The notes under the pieces: model-generated
What the model saw: the letters and a program-made list of their open reading frames with translations, nothing else
Database searches by the model: none
Told to the model about the DNA's origin: nothing
Made by a program: the position numbers and the translations under genes
In this document: positions 32,132 through 41,989 of the stretch, piece after piece
How the letters are laid out: each line of letters starts with the position of its first letter
Position numbering within the stretch: the first letter of the stretch is position 1
Source: an uncultured archaeon
Lineage (GTDB): Archaea > Asgardarchaeota > Lokiarchaeia > Sigyniarchaeales > SOKP01
Assembly: GCA_964486045.1 (NCBI GenBank)
Contig: CAZALK010000013.1
Span: 1 to 46,740 of the forward strand
Direction of reading: 5' to 3'
Length of the DNA: 46,740 bases

Positions 32132-33379
32132 ATGACAAATTTTAAAATTTATTATCGGTATGATAATCAAAAAAGAAATCTATTAGTTGATTCAAAATTA
32201 CAGAATAATTTTCATGGAATTATAATAAATGCTTCAATTGCGTTATATTATCATAATTCTTTAAATTCTTTTTTAGAGAATTTTAAAAAACCTTTTTTTA
32301 TTGATCCAATAACTTATTTTTTAAATCAATCTCCTCAACTTATTAAAAAACGTAATGGAAATATTAGGAGATCTTATAAACAAGTAATTGAACAATTTCT
32401 AAATCTTAATGAAGCTGAAATTGAAAGATATGTTAATAATAATAAAATTTTTATTCCATTCGATATAGATGATGATGATTTAGAGAAGTTCTGTAAAAAT
32501 GTAATTGATTTCCAACGAGATTTTGCCCATTCGAGTGATATATATGAATTTTCATTAGAGTATGAAGAAATTTTAGGGACATATAAAGAATTAAATAGTG
32601 TAGAATACATTGTTGCTCCTTATTTTACAATTGAAGATATGAACACATATAACCTTAATAAAAGAAGTGTTTATTTTGCTAATGACCATATAAATCCGAA
32701 TGATCCTCCTTTATGTGGGTGTTTTACTATTACTAAGAGTTTTTTTAACAAAAATCCTAATATTGGAGATCAAATTATTGATGATTTTCCTTTTTTAAAA
32801 AATTTCATTATTTGGGTTTCCGATTTTAATTCAAAAGCAACTAACGTGAAGAAACTTAACAGATTAAAAGATTTGGTAAGCAAATTATCAAATAATGGTA
32901 AAAATGAAGTAATTAATTTTTATGGGGATTATTTTTCTTTACTTTTATCAAAATTTGGTTTAACAGGTATGTGTTCTGGATTTGGAACATCTACAAAAAA
33001 AAGAGCAAAATTATCAAGAGGGGCTCCCGGGGGTATAACTGAAAGAATTTATGTCCCACAGCTAAATAATGAAATACTTAAAGATGACATGAGAATACTC
33101 ATTAGAGCTCACCCTGAAATTATTTGTGATTGTGTTATATGTAAAAGAATTACTAATAATTTAAGGAGAGAACATCCTGATTTTATTATTAATTATTTTA
33201 ACTTATTAATGTCTGAAAAAAATCATATTAAACATTTTCTCTACACTCGAAATTCAGAAAAGGAACATATTGAATCAACAGATACCGATGCAATCATTAG
33301 AGATTTAGAAATAAAATATGATAAATATTCAGAACTTCTATATACGGAACATTTAAAGAATTGGAAAGATGATCTTTAA
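32132..33379 (+). CDS. TIM-barrel-like protein with a CxCxxC..H zinc site (TGT-like or phage beta-protein-like)
   Basis: FFIDPITY, YIVAPYF, CDCVIC...HF; GAGGG SD. Confidence 0.55.
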   Translation: MTNFKIYYRYDNQKRNLLVDSKLQNNFHGIIINASIALYYHNSLNSFLENFKKPFFIDPITYFLNQSPQLIKKRNGNIRRSYKQVIEQFLNLNEAEIERYVNNNKIFIPFDIDDDDLEKFCKNVIDFQRDFAHSSDIYEFSLEYEEILGTYKELNSVEYIVAPYFTIEDMNTYNLNKRSVYFANDHINPNDPPLCGCFTITKSFFNKNPNIGDQIIDDFPFLKNFIIWVSDFNSKATNVKKLNRLKDLVSKLSNNGKNEVINFYGDYFSLLLSKFGLTGMCSGFGTSTKKRAKLSRGAPGGITERIYVPQLNNEILKDDMRILIRAHPEIICDCVICKRITNNLRREHPDFIINYFNLLMSEKNHIKHFLYTRNSEKEHIESTDTDAIIRDLEIKYDKYSELLYTEHLKNWKDDL

Positions 33380-33677
33380 TTTCTCATTTCATTTACAAAT
33401 TTATTTTTTTGATTTTTGCTTAAAATGGAACTATTTCCTTTTAAGTTGTTTATTATATTTGACAAAAATTACTTTTTTTTTTTTCCTAATTACTTAAGTC
33501 TCATTATCTTGTTTTTCTACCTTACAGTCTAAAAATTTATAATCTAACATTGATTAAGTTGAATTTATAAACCACAATTACCATTATTTTGGGATATCTT
33601 CCAGAAAAGTCAAGAATTGAATGATATAACATCGTCATTTGAAGAATATAGGGAATGGTCTAATTCGGTACTTTAAA

Positions 33678-35060
33678 CTAAACCTTAAAGACGTTGCAAT
33701 TATGTTTAATTAAATTTACTAAACCTTCAAATGATTGATCATCCAATAATGCTTGGTCAATTAGTTTTAACCACTTTTTTTTCCCCATTATCTTATTTAT
33801 TTGTATAGAAATAAGAAGACAGAGTCTGGTAAATTCATAAAGATTTTTCAAAAAATTATCTTTCCCTTTTAACTTTTCTCTTAGATTTACAACACTTCCA
33901 TGACTATAATTATTACGAATATTATAAGCCAAACTTATATTCTCAAAGATATTCAATGGATTGTATCCTATAGCTTTCAGAATAATTGAAACTTTTTGAC
34001 TTAAACTTCTTTTTAATTCTTGTCCGCCTACAGAGAATAAAGCTTCTAAACAAGAAATAAGGGAAGTAATTCTTTGTTCTCTATTTTCAGCAAAAAGATA
34101 TGAATTTTGATACCGATTTAAAGCAATCTGAAGGAACTTACTTTTTTTATTAGAAATGTAAAAAATTTTTCTAATTTCTTCATCCTGAAAAATTTTAAAT
34201 ATTTTTTTCAGATCTTTTACGTGATCTTTTGAGATGAAATACTTTTCAGTTGTTCTTCTTGGGGTAAATCCAGTCGTAATAGATTCCCTTGGAAATATTG
34301 AATTAATTTTGCTAATAGTCTTATTTCTAAATACTGGACCACATCTAAATAAGATAAAAGCTATGTCAATAAAGGACATTTCTATTCCTAATTCTTGTGG
34401 TCTTGTGTAATCTACAATGTACTCATTATAATAATTTGATATAAAGGTGTACTCCAGAATCACTGGTGGAAATTGAAATGAATAAGATTGAAGCATATTA
34501 TTATATTCCCCAATATCATTACATTCAAAATCAAATGAATTTGCTTTTCTAATAATTAGATCATCTCTAATTTTATAACTATCATCTTCTAATTCAATAC
34601 CAAGCAAGTAACTCTTAATGGTGTAGACAAAAGGATTTTTCATTAAATCATTGTATAAGTATTCTATTAGATATTCTATTTCCTTTTCACAGCTCTTCTC
34701 TCTGCATTTATTTAGTGAAAATTTAAGAAATTCTTGGATTAGTTTCTCAATCTTTTCTTGAGGCAAATTAATGTTATCTTGTACAAGTTTAATGATTTCT
34801 TGAAATTCTTCTAATTTTTTAAATTCTTCAAGTAATGAAAGTAATGTGGAGTAGCCATATTTTTTAATTGATTTTGAACTTATTTGAGTAGAGTTAACGA
34901 ATTTTGGTAAAATTACTTGATATTCATGCTTTTTTTTATCACTTGTATCAAGATTATCTATGATTTTATTAAATAACATCTTGACCTTTTCAAATAATTC
35001 TTCTCTAATCATCTCTGTCCTCTTATAAAATGATATTTCATCTATTAGATTGTATAACAA
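33678..35060 (-). CDS. ApeA-like HEPN domain protein
   Basis: ALNRY..LISCLEALF..AYNIRNNYSHG. Confidence 0.8.
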   Translation of the reverse strand: MLYNLIDEISFYKRTEMIREELFEKVKMLFNKIIDNLDTSDKKKHEYQVILPKFVNSTQISSKSIKKYGYSTLLSLLEEFKKLEEFQEIIKLVQDNINLPQEKIEKLIQEFLKFSLNKCREKSCEKEIEYLIEYLYNDLMKNPFVYTIKSYLLGIELEDDSYKIRDDLIIRKANSFDFECNDIGEYNNMLQSYSFQFPPVILEYTFISNYYNEYIVDYTRPQELGIEMSFIDIAFILFRCGPVFRNKTISKINSIFPRESITTGFTPRRTTEKYFISKDHVKDLKKIFKIFQDEEIRKIFYISNKKSKFLQIALNRYQNSYLFAENREQRITSLISCLEALFSVGGQELKRSLSQKVSIILKAIGYNPLNIFENISLAYNIRNNYSHGSVVNLREKLKGKDNFLKNLYEFTRLCLLISIQINKIMGKKKWLKLIDQALLDDQSFEGLVNLIKHNCNVFKV

Positions 35061-35382
35061 TTCATATATTTATTCTTCATTTATAACAATCCCCTATTTT
35101 TCTCTAAATTTTACATTTGGGATTGTTTTAGATTCAATAGTAAGTATTGTACTACATATTAATCCTTAAACTTCGAATTTATTGATATGACTTAAATAGA
35201 GCCAACCATAAACATTCTGGAGAGTATTGATTACTTATCCAAGTTTTTAAATATTTAATTGTTGTCTTAATGTTCCACTCCAAACCAGATTTGCATAAAA
35301 TATATAAGGCATTTAAAGTAACTTAGAGGTCCATCTGAACCTAAATAGGCATATTTACATTTAACAGAGAGCTAACGTTATA

Positions 35383-35433
35383 ATGGCTTTCAGATAATAT
35401 ACTGTAGCTCCAACATCAAATATTCGGGTTCGC
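35383..35433 (+). repeat. 51-bp duplicate of an internal segment (36407-36457) of the methyltransferase gene
   Basis: ATGGCTTTCAGATAATATACTGTAGCTCCAACATCAAATATTCGGGTTCGC, 2 mismatches. Confidence 0.9.
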
Positions 35434-36060
35434 AAAAAAATTGGGGTAGAAAGTTTTTATTTTTTTTACTAGTAAATTCCAATCATATGATCTGATCAAT
35501 ATCTGAAATCAATTGGGGCAATTGTTGATCAGAATATATTTAATACATTACAAAAACACAGAAATTCATTACCAAAATATATTAAATCTCTTACGAAATA
35601 AAACATAGAGAGCAATTTCAACTTATAGGTTCACATATAGAGTTTACAGAGCGTTTATAGAGCATATCATAATTATTGAGAAATGCCCCAAAAAAGAAGA
35701 TTTTTTAATATTTGTATATATCTATTGAAAATAGGGAAGGGAAATTAATTTAAAGATAATTTGAGCTATCATTGGATTTCGCCCTCAATTAAACTCTTTA
35801 GAGTTTAATCTCTCCCTGATTGTTTTATTTGGGCTCAGATTTCTTTTCCCTTCCTTTCTTGGAAGAAAATACGGATTTTCTCACTATATCGCGAGTCTTT
35901 ACCATTATTAAAACATTAATTTTAATTGAACTTGTGGTAAGCTGTAGATAAAATAGGATTTTAGCCCTCTTCTCTCCCTATTCATTTTTTGTCTGCAATA
36001 ATATAAATGATTTTCTACCGGAAAGTCTACACAAAGTCTTAGATTAGTTTAAGACTGAAA
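35433..36060 (+). repeat. composite non-coding element: repeat A (35433-35655) plus repeat B (~35667-36060)
   Basis: A matches 3082-3305 (direct); B matches 12937-13330 (inverted). Confidence 0.85.
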
Positions 36061-36261
36061 AGTGAGTTTAACCTTATTTTTTTTGTTTTGACATAAAAAT
36101 AATTTTTTCATTTAAGGTTCCAGCTCTTATTGCTAAATTTTACAGTATATTAAAAATTATATTTAAATTTGAATCAGAATGAGATTAATTTTCAACTTTA
36201 GTTCAAAAAAAAAGAACCGTAAAATCAGATTTTACAAGCGATTAGGAGTAATAGTAGGATT

Positions 36262-37041
36262 TTATGTTTTAGGTTTTTTTACTTTTATAAAGAATCGATG
36301 ATTGTTCATGTCTAAATCTAAATATCCGTTGTCATTAATGATTTTATTAATATCCACCAATTTTTTGTAGTATTTCTTGACCGAAAAATCTGGAAAATCA
36401 AAAGGGATGGCTTTCAGATAATATACTATAGCTCCAACATCAAATATTCGCGTTCGCGAAAAATCTTCAAAACCTTCTAGTATTTCAAAACCAACTGCTT
36501 CTAATTCATTTATTGCATATTTTAAATTCCATTCCCCTTCATTTGTGGAAGGTTGTCTTAAATTTAACATTGAATTAAACTTTGAGTTGTTTTTATCCCC
36601 TACTTGTTGAGTAAAAAAGGTTCCTCCATGTTTTAGAATTCTATGCACTTCTTTTGGGTTGTAATATTCATGACGATTAATAATTAGCTCAAATTCTTCA
36701 TTCTTGAATGGGAGTTTCTTTTCATCTTTTAAAAAGACAACTTTTACCCCCAATGGTTCCAATTTATTTTTCGCAACGGGTACATTTGGATCATATCCCT
36801 CAGTTGCCCAAGTATGTTTTGGTAATGGGGCTAGTGTAGCCAAGATCTCTCCTCCACCCGTTCCCATATCTAAGAGTGATTCTGATATCCTTATTAATGG
36901 TAATACTCTGCTGGAATAACTCCATGTTAAAGGAAACTCCACAAATCTACTATTTACATACGAGAAATCCCATCCAGAAAAAGGATGTTCAACTTCAGAA
37001 ACAAGAAAATCAAATAGTTCATTATCTTTCATTGTACTCAT
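36262..37041 (-). CDS. class I SAM-dependent methyltransferase
   Basis: FSGWDFS..LLDMGTGGGE..FELIINRH..GGTFFTQQVG. Confidence 0.9.
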   Translation of the reverse strand: MSTMKDNELFDFLVSEVEHPFSGWDFSYVNSRFVEFPLTWSYSSRVLPLIRISESLLDMGTGGGEILATLAPLPKHTWATEGYDPNVPVAKNKLEPLGVKVVFLKDEKKLPFKNEEFELIINRHEYYNPKEVHRILKHGGTFFTQQVGDKNNSKFNSMLNLRQPSTNEGEWNLKYAINELEAVGFEILEGFEDFSRTRIFDVGAIVYYLKAIPFDFPDFSVKKYYKKLVDINKIINDNGYLDLDMNNHRFFIKVKKPKT

Positions 37042-37202
37042 CGAGTATACTAATTATTGGAAATCAAGTATCATTTAATTTAAATTTAGCATAACTTAGT
37101 CATAATCTTCTGAATTTTATTATAAATTTTTCGCTCTCGGAGATTTTAAATAAGCAAAATCTTGTATTTTTATTTAAATACATCAATAAGAATGTGTGTC
37201 AC

Positions 37203-37370
37203 ATGACTAGTAATATTTTTTATATCCCAAGATTTGAGTTGCTTTCATGTCCATTTATTGACACATGTGAACTTCCGAAATTGCAATTTTTATGTAAAAT
37301 CCCTGATTGCAGGAATTGTACTGATTATATTGATAAAGCCCAAAAGTTAAAATCCAAGATTCTCTTCTAG
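37203..37370 (+). CDS. small Cys-rich protein (55 aa, not in ORF track)
   Basis: MTSNIFYIPRFELLSCPFIDTCELPKLQFLCKIPDCRNCTDYIDKAQKLKSKILF. Confidence 0.55.
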   Translation: MTSNIFYIPRFELLSCPFIDTCELPKLQFLCKIPDCRNCTDYIDKAQKLKSKILF

Positions 37371-37545
37371 TTTAATTTTAATTAATATCAATTACATATT
37401 GGCCTCAGGGGTATAGATAGATTGATAAGTAGGATTACAGTAAAAAACAATTAATTATAACTAACTCGAGATAATTTATTTAACTTAAATCATATTGTGA
37501 ATTTTTCATTATTGAATTAAAAATAAAAAACAGAGTGTTAAAATC

Positions 37546-37731
37546 TTGATTTTTGATTCCCTTCAATTTCTTGCACCATTTATTATATGTATTTGTATAT
37601 TAGTGTTCCTAATCATATCTGTCATTAACAACTATAAAAAAGGAAGAAATATTGGTGCGTTAATTTCTGCTTTAATAGTAATTGTGTTTATAAATGTGAT
37701 TGTAGGATATTTTTTCTTTAGTAGCTTATAA
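37546..37731 (+). CDS. small 2-TM protein
   Basis: Two hydrophobic helices. Confidence 0.45.
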   Translation: MIFDSLQFLAPFIICICILVFLIISVINNYKKGRNIGALISALIVIVFINVIVGYFFFSSL

Positions 37732-37938
37732 ATTCATGAATTAGTTCCTGTTCTTTTATTTTAGTATAAAATTAGCTAATTACTTCCCTTACAACAACAT
37801 ATGGGTAAAATTTTCACTAACTATTATCGTTTGAGATGAATTTATAAAAATACTATTCAAAATTTATAAATCTCAAATTGTATTTTTTATTATTAAGAAT
37901 AAAATTGTATTAAAAAAATTAAGAAGTTTACCTTATTT

Positions 37939-38547
37939 ATGACAGAGCAATTAAAGTCATCAACTAAAATTAATACGGAAAATAGACCTATCTACATTTT
38001 TAAGGTAGTTTTACTTGGACAAGAACGAGTTGGGAAGACTTGTCTTGCCAAGCGTTTATGTTTTAACACTTTTGAAGTAGACACAAAAGAAACGTTAGGA
38101 ATTGAGTTTTATACATATGATCTCCCTATTATAGTTAGTGGAGATAATACCTTTGTAAGAATTAGTATTTGGGATTTTGGTGGACGAGAGCAATTCAAAA
38201 AATTGTTTCCCTATTATATTAATGGTGCCAATGGAATTTTTATGATATTTAACTTGGTAGATATACAAACATTACTTCGATTAGACTGGTGGTATGATAG
38301 GTTAGGCGAATATAATCATGGAACCACTCCTAGAATGTTCATTGGTGCCAAAAAAGATCTTGTAAACAAAATTGATGAAAAATCAAGGGTGGACGATTTA
38401 GTTATTGACAGATTCATGAGTCGTCATGAAGAAGTTGATTTTTTCAAAACTTCTTCGAAAGATAATTGGAATATTAAGGAAATAGTTAAAGAACTCGTTA
38501 TTAGAATATTAGATAGAAACAAATTAGATTACGATCAAATTTATTAA
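37939..38547 (+). CDS. Ras-superfamily (Rab-like) small GTPase
   Basis: G1 GQERVGKT, G2 TLGIEF, G3 WDFGGR, G4 AKKD, G5 TSSK. Confidence 0.92.
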   Translation: MTEQLKSSTKINTENRPIYIFKVVLLGQERVGKTCLAKRLCFNTFEVDTKETLGIEFYTYDLPIIVSGDNTFVRISIWDFGGREQFKKLFPYYINGANGIFMIFNLVDIQTLLRLDWWYDRLGEYNHGTTPRMFIGAKKDLVNKIDEKSRVDDLVIDRFMSRHEEVDFFKTSSKDNWNIKEIVKELVIRILDRNKLDYDQIY

Positions 38548-38604
38548 ATAAAATTAGTCAATTTTTTACATAAGTTTAAATCTCTTTTTCTGAGGAGTGG
38601 TAAA

Positions 38605-38676
38605 ATGGTGGAAATTTATCATGAGAAAGATGAGGATCTTTCAAAATTAAAGGTAAAAACCACCGACTGGAGATGA
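38605..38676 (+). pseudogene. 5' remnant of a ketol-acid reductoisomerase (ilvC-like) gene
   Basis: GAGGAG SD, then MVEIYHEKDEDLSKLKVKT, resembling the IlvC N-terminus, then a stop. Confidence 0.5.
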
Positions 38677-38750
38677 TATTTTGCAACCAAGGGGGATTTC
38701 AGATGAATTAAAATTATTTGAGTAGTACTATGAATGAAATTTAAAGTTAG

Positions 38751-39752
38751 TTATATAAGGATAAGAACAACCCCTAATATTGTTAGAATTACCCCAATGA
38801 ATCCAAATTTAGAAATTTTTTCTTTATTTACAACATAGGTCAAAGGGAGTGCAAATAAAGGACTTGCACTTGCAATTAATGCCATTATATTTGCTCCAGC
38901 TTGATGAATTGCTTCTGTATAAAGATGTGCTCCGAGTGAGGTGCCCAAAATTGAGGCAATTATTAATAATAGCCATGTGCGAAGCCTTTTCTTTTTTTTC
39001 TGTGAAGAATAACTATCTTTTTTTATGTGATTTTCTCTTAATACCATCGATCCCAAGATCAGAGTGGCAAAAGGGAATCTAATCATATTTCCTATAACAG
39101 AACTCAATTCCTCAACATTAACAATTTGATCTATCTGGATTGTGGTGAATTCAATTATAACGGCTCCAATAGCCCATCCTAAAGATGCGGTAATACAAAA
39201 ACCTATTGCTTTGAAAATATTTTTTCTAAGAATTTCATTAAATTTCTTTGTTTTATCTCCATTTAAGGAAAGAATTTTAACGTTTTTAGAATTTTCTGAG
39301 GTTATTTTAGACTTACCGATAATTATGATCCCAATACCGATCAAAACTAGTGTTAAAATCAAGGTAGGGTTAAACGGCTTAGTAAGGAAAATTAGAGATA
39401 ATATGAATGTAAAAAGAGGAAATGTCATCGAAACAGCTAATGCAATGGTAGTTCCTAATTCTTTTTGTGCTGTAAAATATGCCGTATCTCCTATAACTTG
39501 ACCAAAGATAAAACTCAAGATTAACAGGAGCCACAACTCCCATGGAATAATAAAAATAATATTAAATTGATTTATTAACAAAAGCACAAAAAGAAATGTT
39601 AGAGTTCCTATACTTGTACGAAAAAAATTGATAAAAGTTGGGCTAACTTCTTGTTCTGTTTGACGAAAGATAACGTTGGATCCAACAAACGTAAGTACTG
39701 CTAGTATCGCTAGAAATTCTTCTAACATTGATTTTGAAAAGGAAAGCATCAA
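38751..39752 (-). CDS. DMT/EamA family transporter
   Basis: About 10 TMs in two EamA repeats (GQVIGDTAYF..; ASPLFALPL..KEKIS). Confidence 0.9.
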   Translation of the reverse strand: MMLSFSKSMLEEFLAILAVLTFVGSNVIFRQTEQEVSPTFINFFRTSIGTLTFLFVLLLINQFNIIFIIPWELWLLLILSFIFGQVIGDTAYFTAQKELGTTIALAVSMTFPLFTFILSLIFLTKPFNPTLILTLVLIGIGIIIIGKSKITSENSKNVKILSLNGDKTKKFNEILRKNIFKAIGFCITASLGWAIGAVIIEFTTIQIDQIVNVEELSSVIGNMIRFPFATLILGSMVLRENHIKKDSYSSQKKKKRLRTWLLLIIASILGTSLGAHLYTEAIHQAGANIMALIASASPLFALPLTYVVNKEKISKFGFIGVILTILGVVLILI

Positions 39753-39855
39753 TTTTAGATTTTAAGATTTATCTTAAGATTAGAAATGAAATAAAGAAAA
39801 ATTCTAGTGAAAAACACTCTATCTCAAACTTCCCGTCTAAATTTTGCTCTCGATT

Positions 39856-41313
39856 CTAAATTTTATGAATTTTTTCTCCATATTCATAGAATTTCAAAAA
39901 GGATTTAGCAGCAGCTTCAAGGGACGGGAAAACAAGAAAATTATCTTTTTGAAGCATGTCTATGAAAGTTTTCCGGGATACGCTAGGATATTGATGTAAA
40001 ATAATAACGAAAATAACATTCTTTTCTTCTGCATACTTTTTTATATTTAACAAGTTGCTATAATACCCCTTAAAGCGTTCTCCTTCTGTGTCTTTCCACG
40101 CATCTGTTTCAAATATTACTATGCTTATATTTTCATCAATACCTGCCTTAGTTATTTCTACTAATACTTTCTGATGAGTAATAAAGGGTAAATCAAAAGG
40201 ATTTGCTAAAGAACCCAACTTAAGATTGAAAATTTGCTTAAATTTCTCAACTGTTTTCCCTTCAAAATGTGGGACATCTAAACCTAACTCTATTAGCATA
40301 TCAGTTGCCAATATCCCAAAACCACCAGAATAAAGTACAACTAAGGCACGTTTATTTTTAGGATATACGATTTCTTTATTAAGTGCCTTAAAACGTTTAA
40401 AATGGTAAGAGAATAAATAAGCATAATCAATTAATTCATCCAAGGATGAAGAAACTTCAACAATCGAAGTTTGTTTAAAAATTGCATTCCAAATATTCTT
40501 TCCTGTTGCTAAAGATCCCGTATGAGACAAAACTGCTGCCTGAGCTCTTTGTGTTTTTCCTCCCCTCATAAATAAAACTGGTTTTTTCATGTTTTTTAAG
40601 ACATTTAATAGAACTTTTCCTTCATTTTTATGAATTGGTGAAATTCCTTCAAAATAAACACAAATCACATCAGTATCAGCATCATCATCTAAATATTGTA
40701 ACACTTCAGAAATTTGTATATCAACACAATTTCCAATGCTTACACCAATTGAGAATCGAAGATCATACCTACGAGACCCAAATTTAATAGTTTTTGAATG
40801 TAAGTCTCCAGATTGAAAAATTAACCCTATATTTCCAAGTTCGGTTGGAAAAGATGAATAATATGCCGTTTTTCCTCGAGGACTATAAATTCCCATGCAA
40901 TTAGGACCAATACTTCTGGTATTCTTATAATTATCCAAAATTTCTTTTATTTTCCTTTCGATTTCAGTACCAAATTCATCATATTCTCCTGTTCCTGCGG
41001 TAAAAATATGAAAAAATTTGACTTTCTTCTTAGAGAGAATTTCCTTTAAGGTTTGAACTAAAAGATCCCTTCTTATAGACAATATCAATAGATCGATAGT
41101 GTTAATTGGAATTTCATCTAAGGATTTATAACATTTAAGACCCAAAAAAGTGTCCATTTTTGGAGAAATTAAATATAAGTTGTTTAAATCAAAATGTTGT
41201 CTTTTAAATCCCTTTATGAAAAAATCTACGGCATTACCAGCTCTATAAATAACAACATTTCTGGGTTTAAACAAGAATTCTAAAGAATGCTTACTATTAT
41301 CTGAATTCAACAT
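39856..41313 (-). CDS. CoA-binding protein, NDP-forming acyl-CoA synthetase alpha-subunit-like
   Basis: IGPNCMG, QSG, SIGNCVD, SHTGSLA (phospho-His), NPFDL. Confidence 0.88.
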   Translation of the reverse strand: MLNSDNSKHSLEFLFKPRNVVIYRAGNAVDFFIKGFKRQHFDLNNLYLISPKMDTFLGLKCYKSLDEIPINTIDLLILSIRRDLLVQTLKEILSKKKVKFFHIFTAGTGEYDEFGTEIERKIKEILDNYKNTRSIGPNCMGIYSPRGKTAYYSSFPTELGNIGLIFQSGDLHSKTIKFGSRRYDLRFSIGVSIGNCVDIQISEVLQYLDDDADTDVICVYFEGISPIHKNEGKVLLNVLKNMKKPVLFMRGGKTQRAQAAVLSHTGSLATGKNIWNAIFKQTSIVEVSSSLDELIDYAYLFSYHFKRFKALNKEIVYPKNKRALVVLYSGGFGILATDMLIELGLDVPHFEGKTVEKFKQIFNLKLGSLANPFDLPFITHQKVLVEITKAGIDENISIVIFETDAWKDTEGERFKGYYSNLLNIKKYAEEKNVIFVIILHQYPSVSRKTFIDMLQKDNFLVFPSLEAAAKSFLKFYEYGEKIHKI

Positions 41314-41902
41314 TTTCCTCTGGTTTTAATATTAATTTTGTATTACAATTATAACAAAAAATAGGAGTAGAATCAAATTCTGTTGCACATTTCGGACATT
41401 TTGATCTAATTTGCTTAGCTACAATTTGTAAATCTTCTAGATGGTCAACAATTTTAACTTTCTTCATCTTTTTAAGAATATTAGATATTAACAATGAAAT
41501 CGCTGTAATTAATAATCCAATTAAGATTGTATGTAAAAAATGAAATTGAAAATTTAAATTAAAATAATTCACTGAATGCTGATACAGAAAAGTATATACA
41601 AAGAAGTTAGGGAAAAAGAACGTCATCAAATTCATTGAGTAAGCTTTTTTAAAATTAATGTATAGGAAGTCAGGAATAAAAGAGACTATAATCCATATAA
41701 CGTAGATAAAAATCATCCCAGATGAATTGTTAAATAAGACATAGTTAGCTACAAATTGAATAATTCCTTTCTGAGGAATAGTAACAGTGATATCAAAGTT
41801 TATAGTGATAAAATAACGAAAGTAAAATATTAATAAACTTAAGAAAAGAATCTGAATACAGAAGAGAATAATCTTACTTCTGAAAAAATCAATTACCTTC
41901 AT
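41297..41902 (-). CDS. membrane protein with a C-terminal zinc ribbon
   Basis: 4 TMs; CPKC..CYNC. Confidence 0.7.
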   Translation of the reverse strand: MKVIDFFRSKIILFCIQILFLSLLIFYFRYFITINFDITVTIPQKGIIQFVANYVLFNNSSGMIFIYVIWIIVSFIPDFLYINFKKAYSMNLMTFFFPNFFVYTFLYQHSVNYFNLNFQFHFLHTILIGLLITAISLLISNILKKMKKVKIVDHLEDLQIVAKQIRSKCPKCATEFDSTPIFCYNCNTKLILKPEENVEFR

Positions 41903-41989
41903 TAGTAATTAAGTAAATTATATCCAAAAATTAAACTCTTTTAAATATCCTTTAATGAAAAAAAAAGAAGTATATTGGATTTATAATTC

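Noticed and set aside
29690-33445. Short shared motifs (TTTCTCATTTCATTTACA; GAACTATTTCCTTTT) near 29.7 and 33.4 kb
   Set aside because: Appear to be remnants of a small paralogous minus-strand ORF; too short and AT-rich to call att sites.
3300-35400. Classical integron or intact provirus
   Set aside because: No integrase, no recognisable attC pattern, mixed gene orientations, and no capsid, terminase or replication genes recognised.
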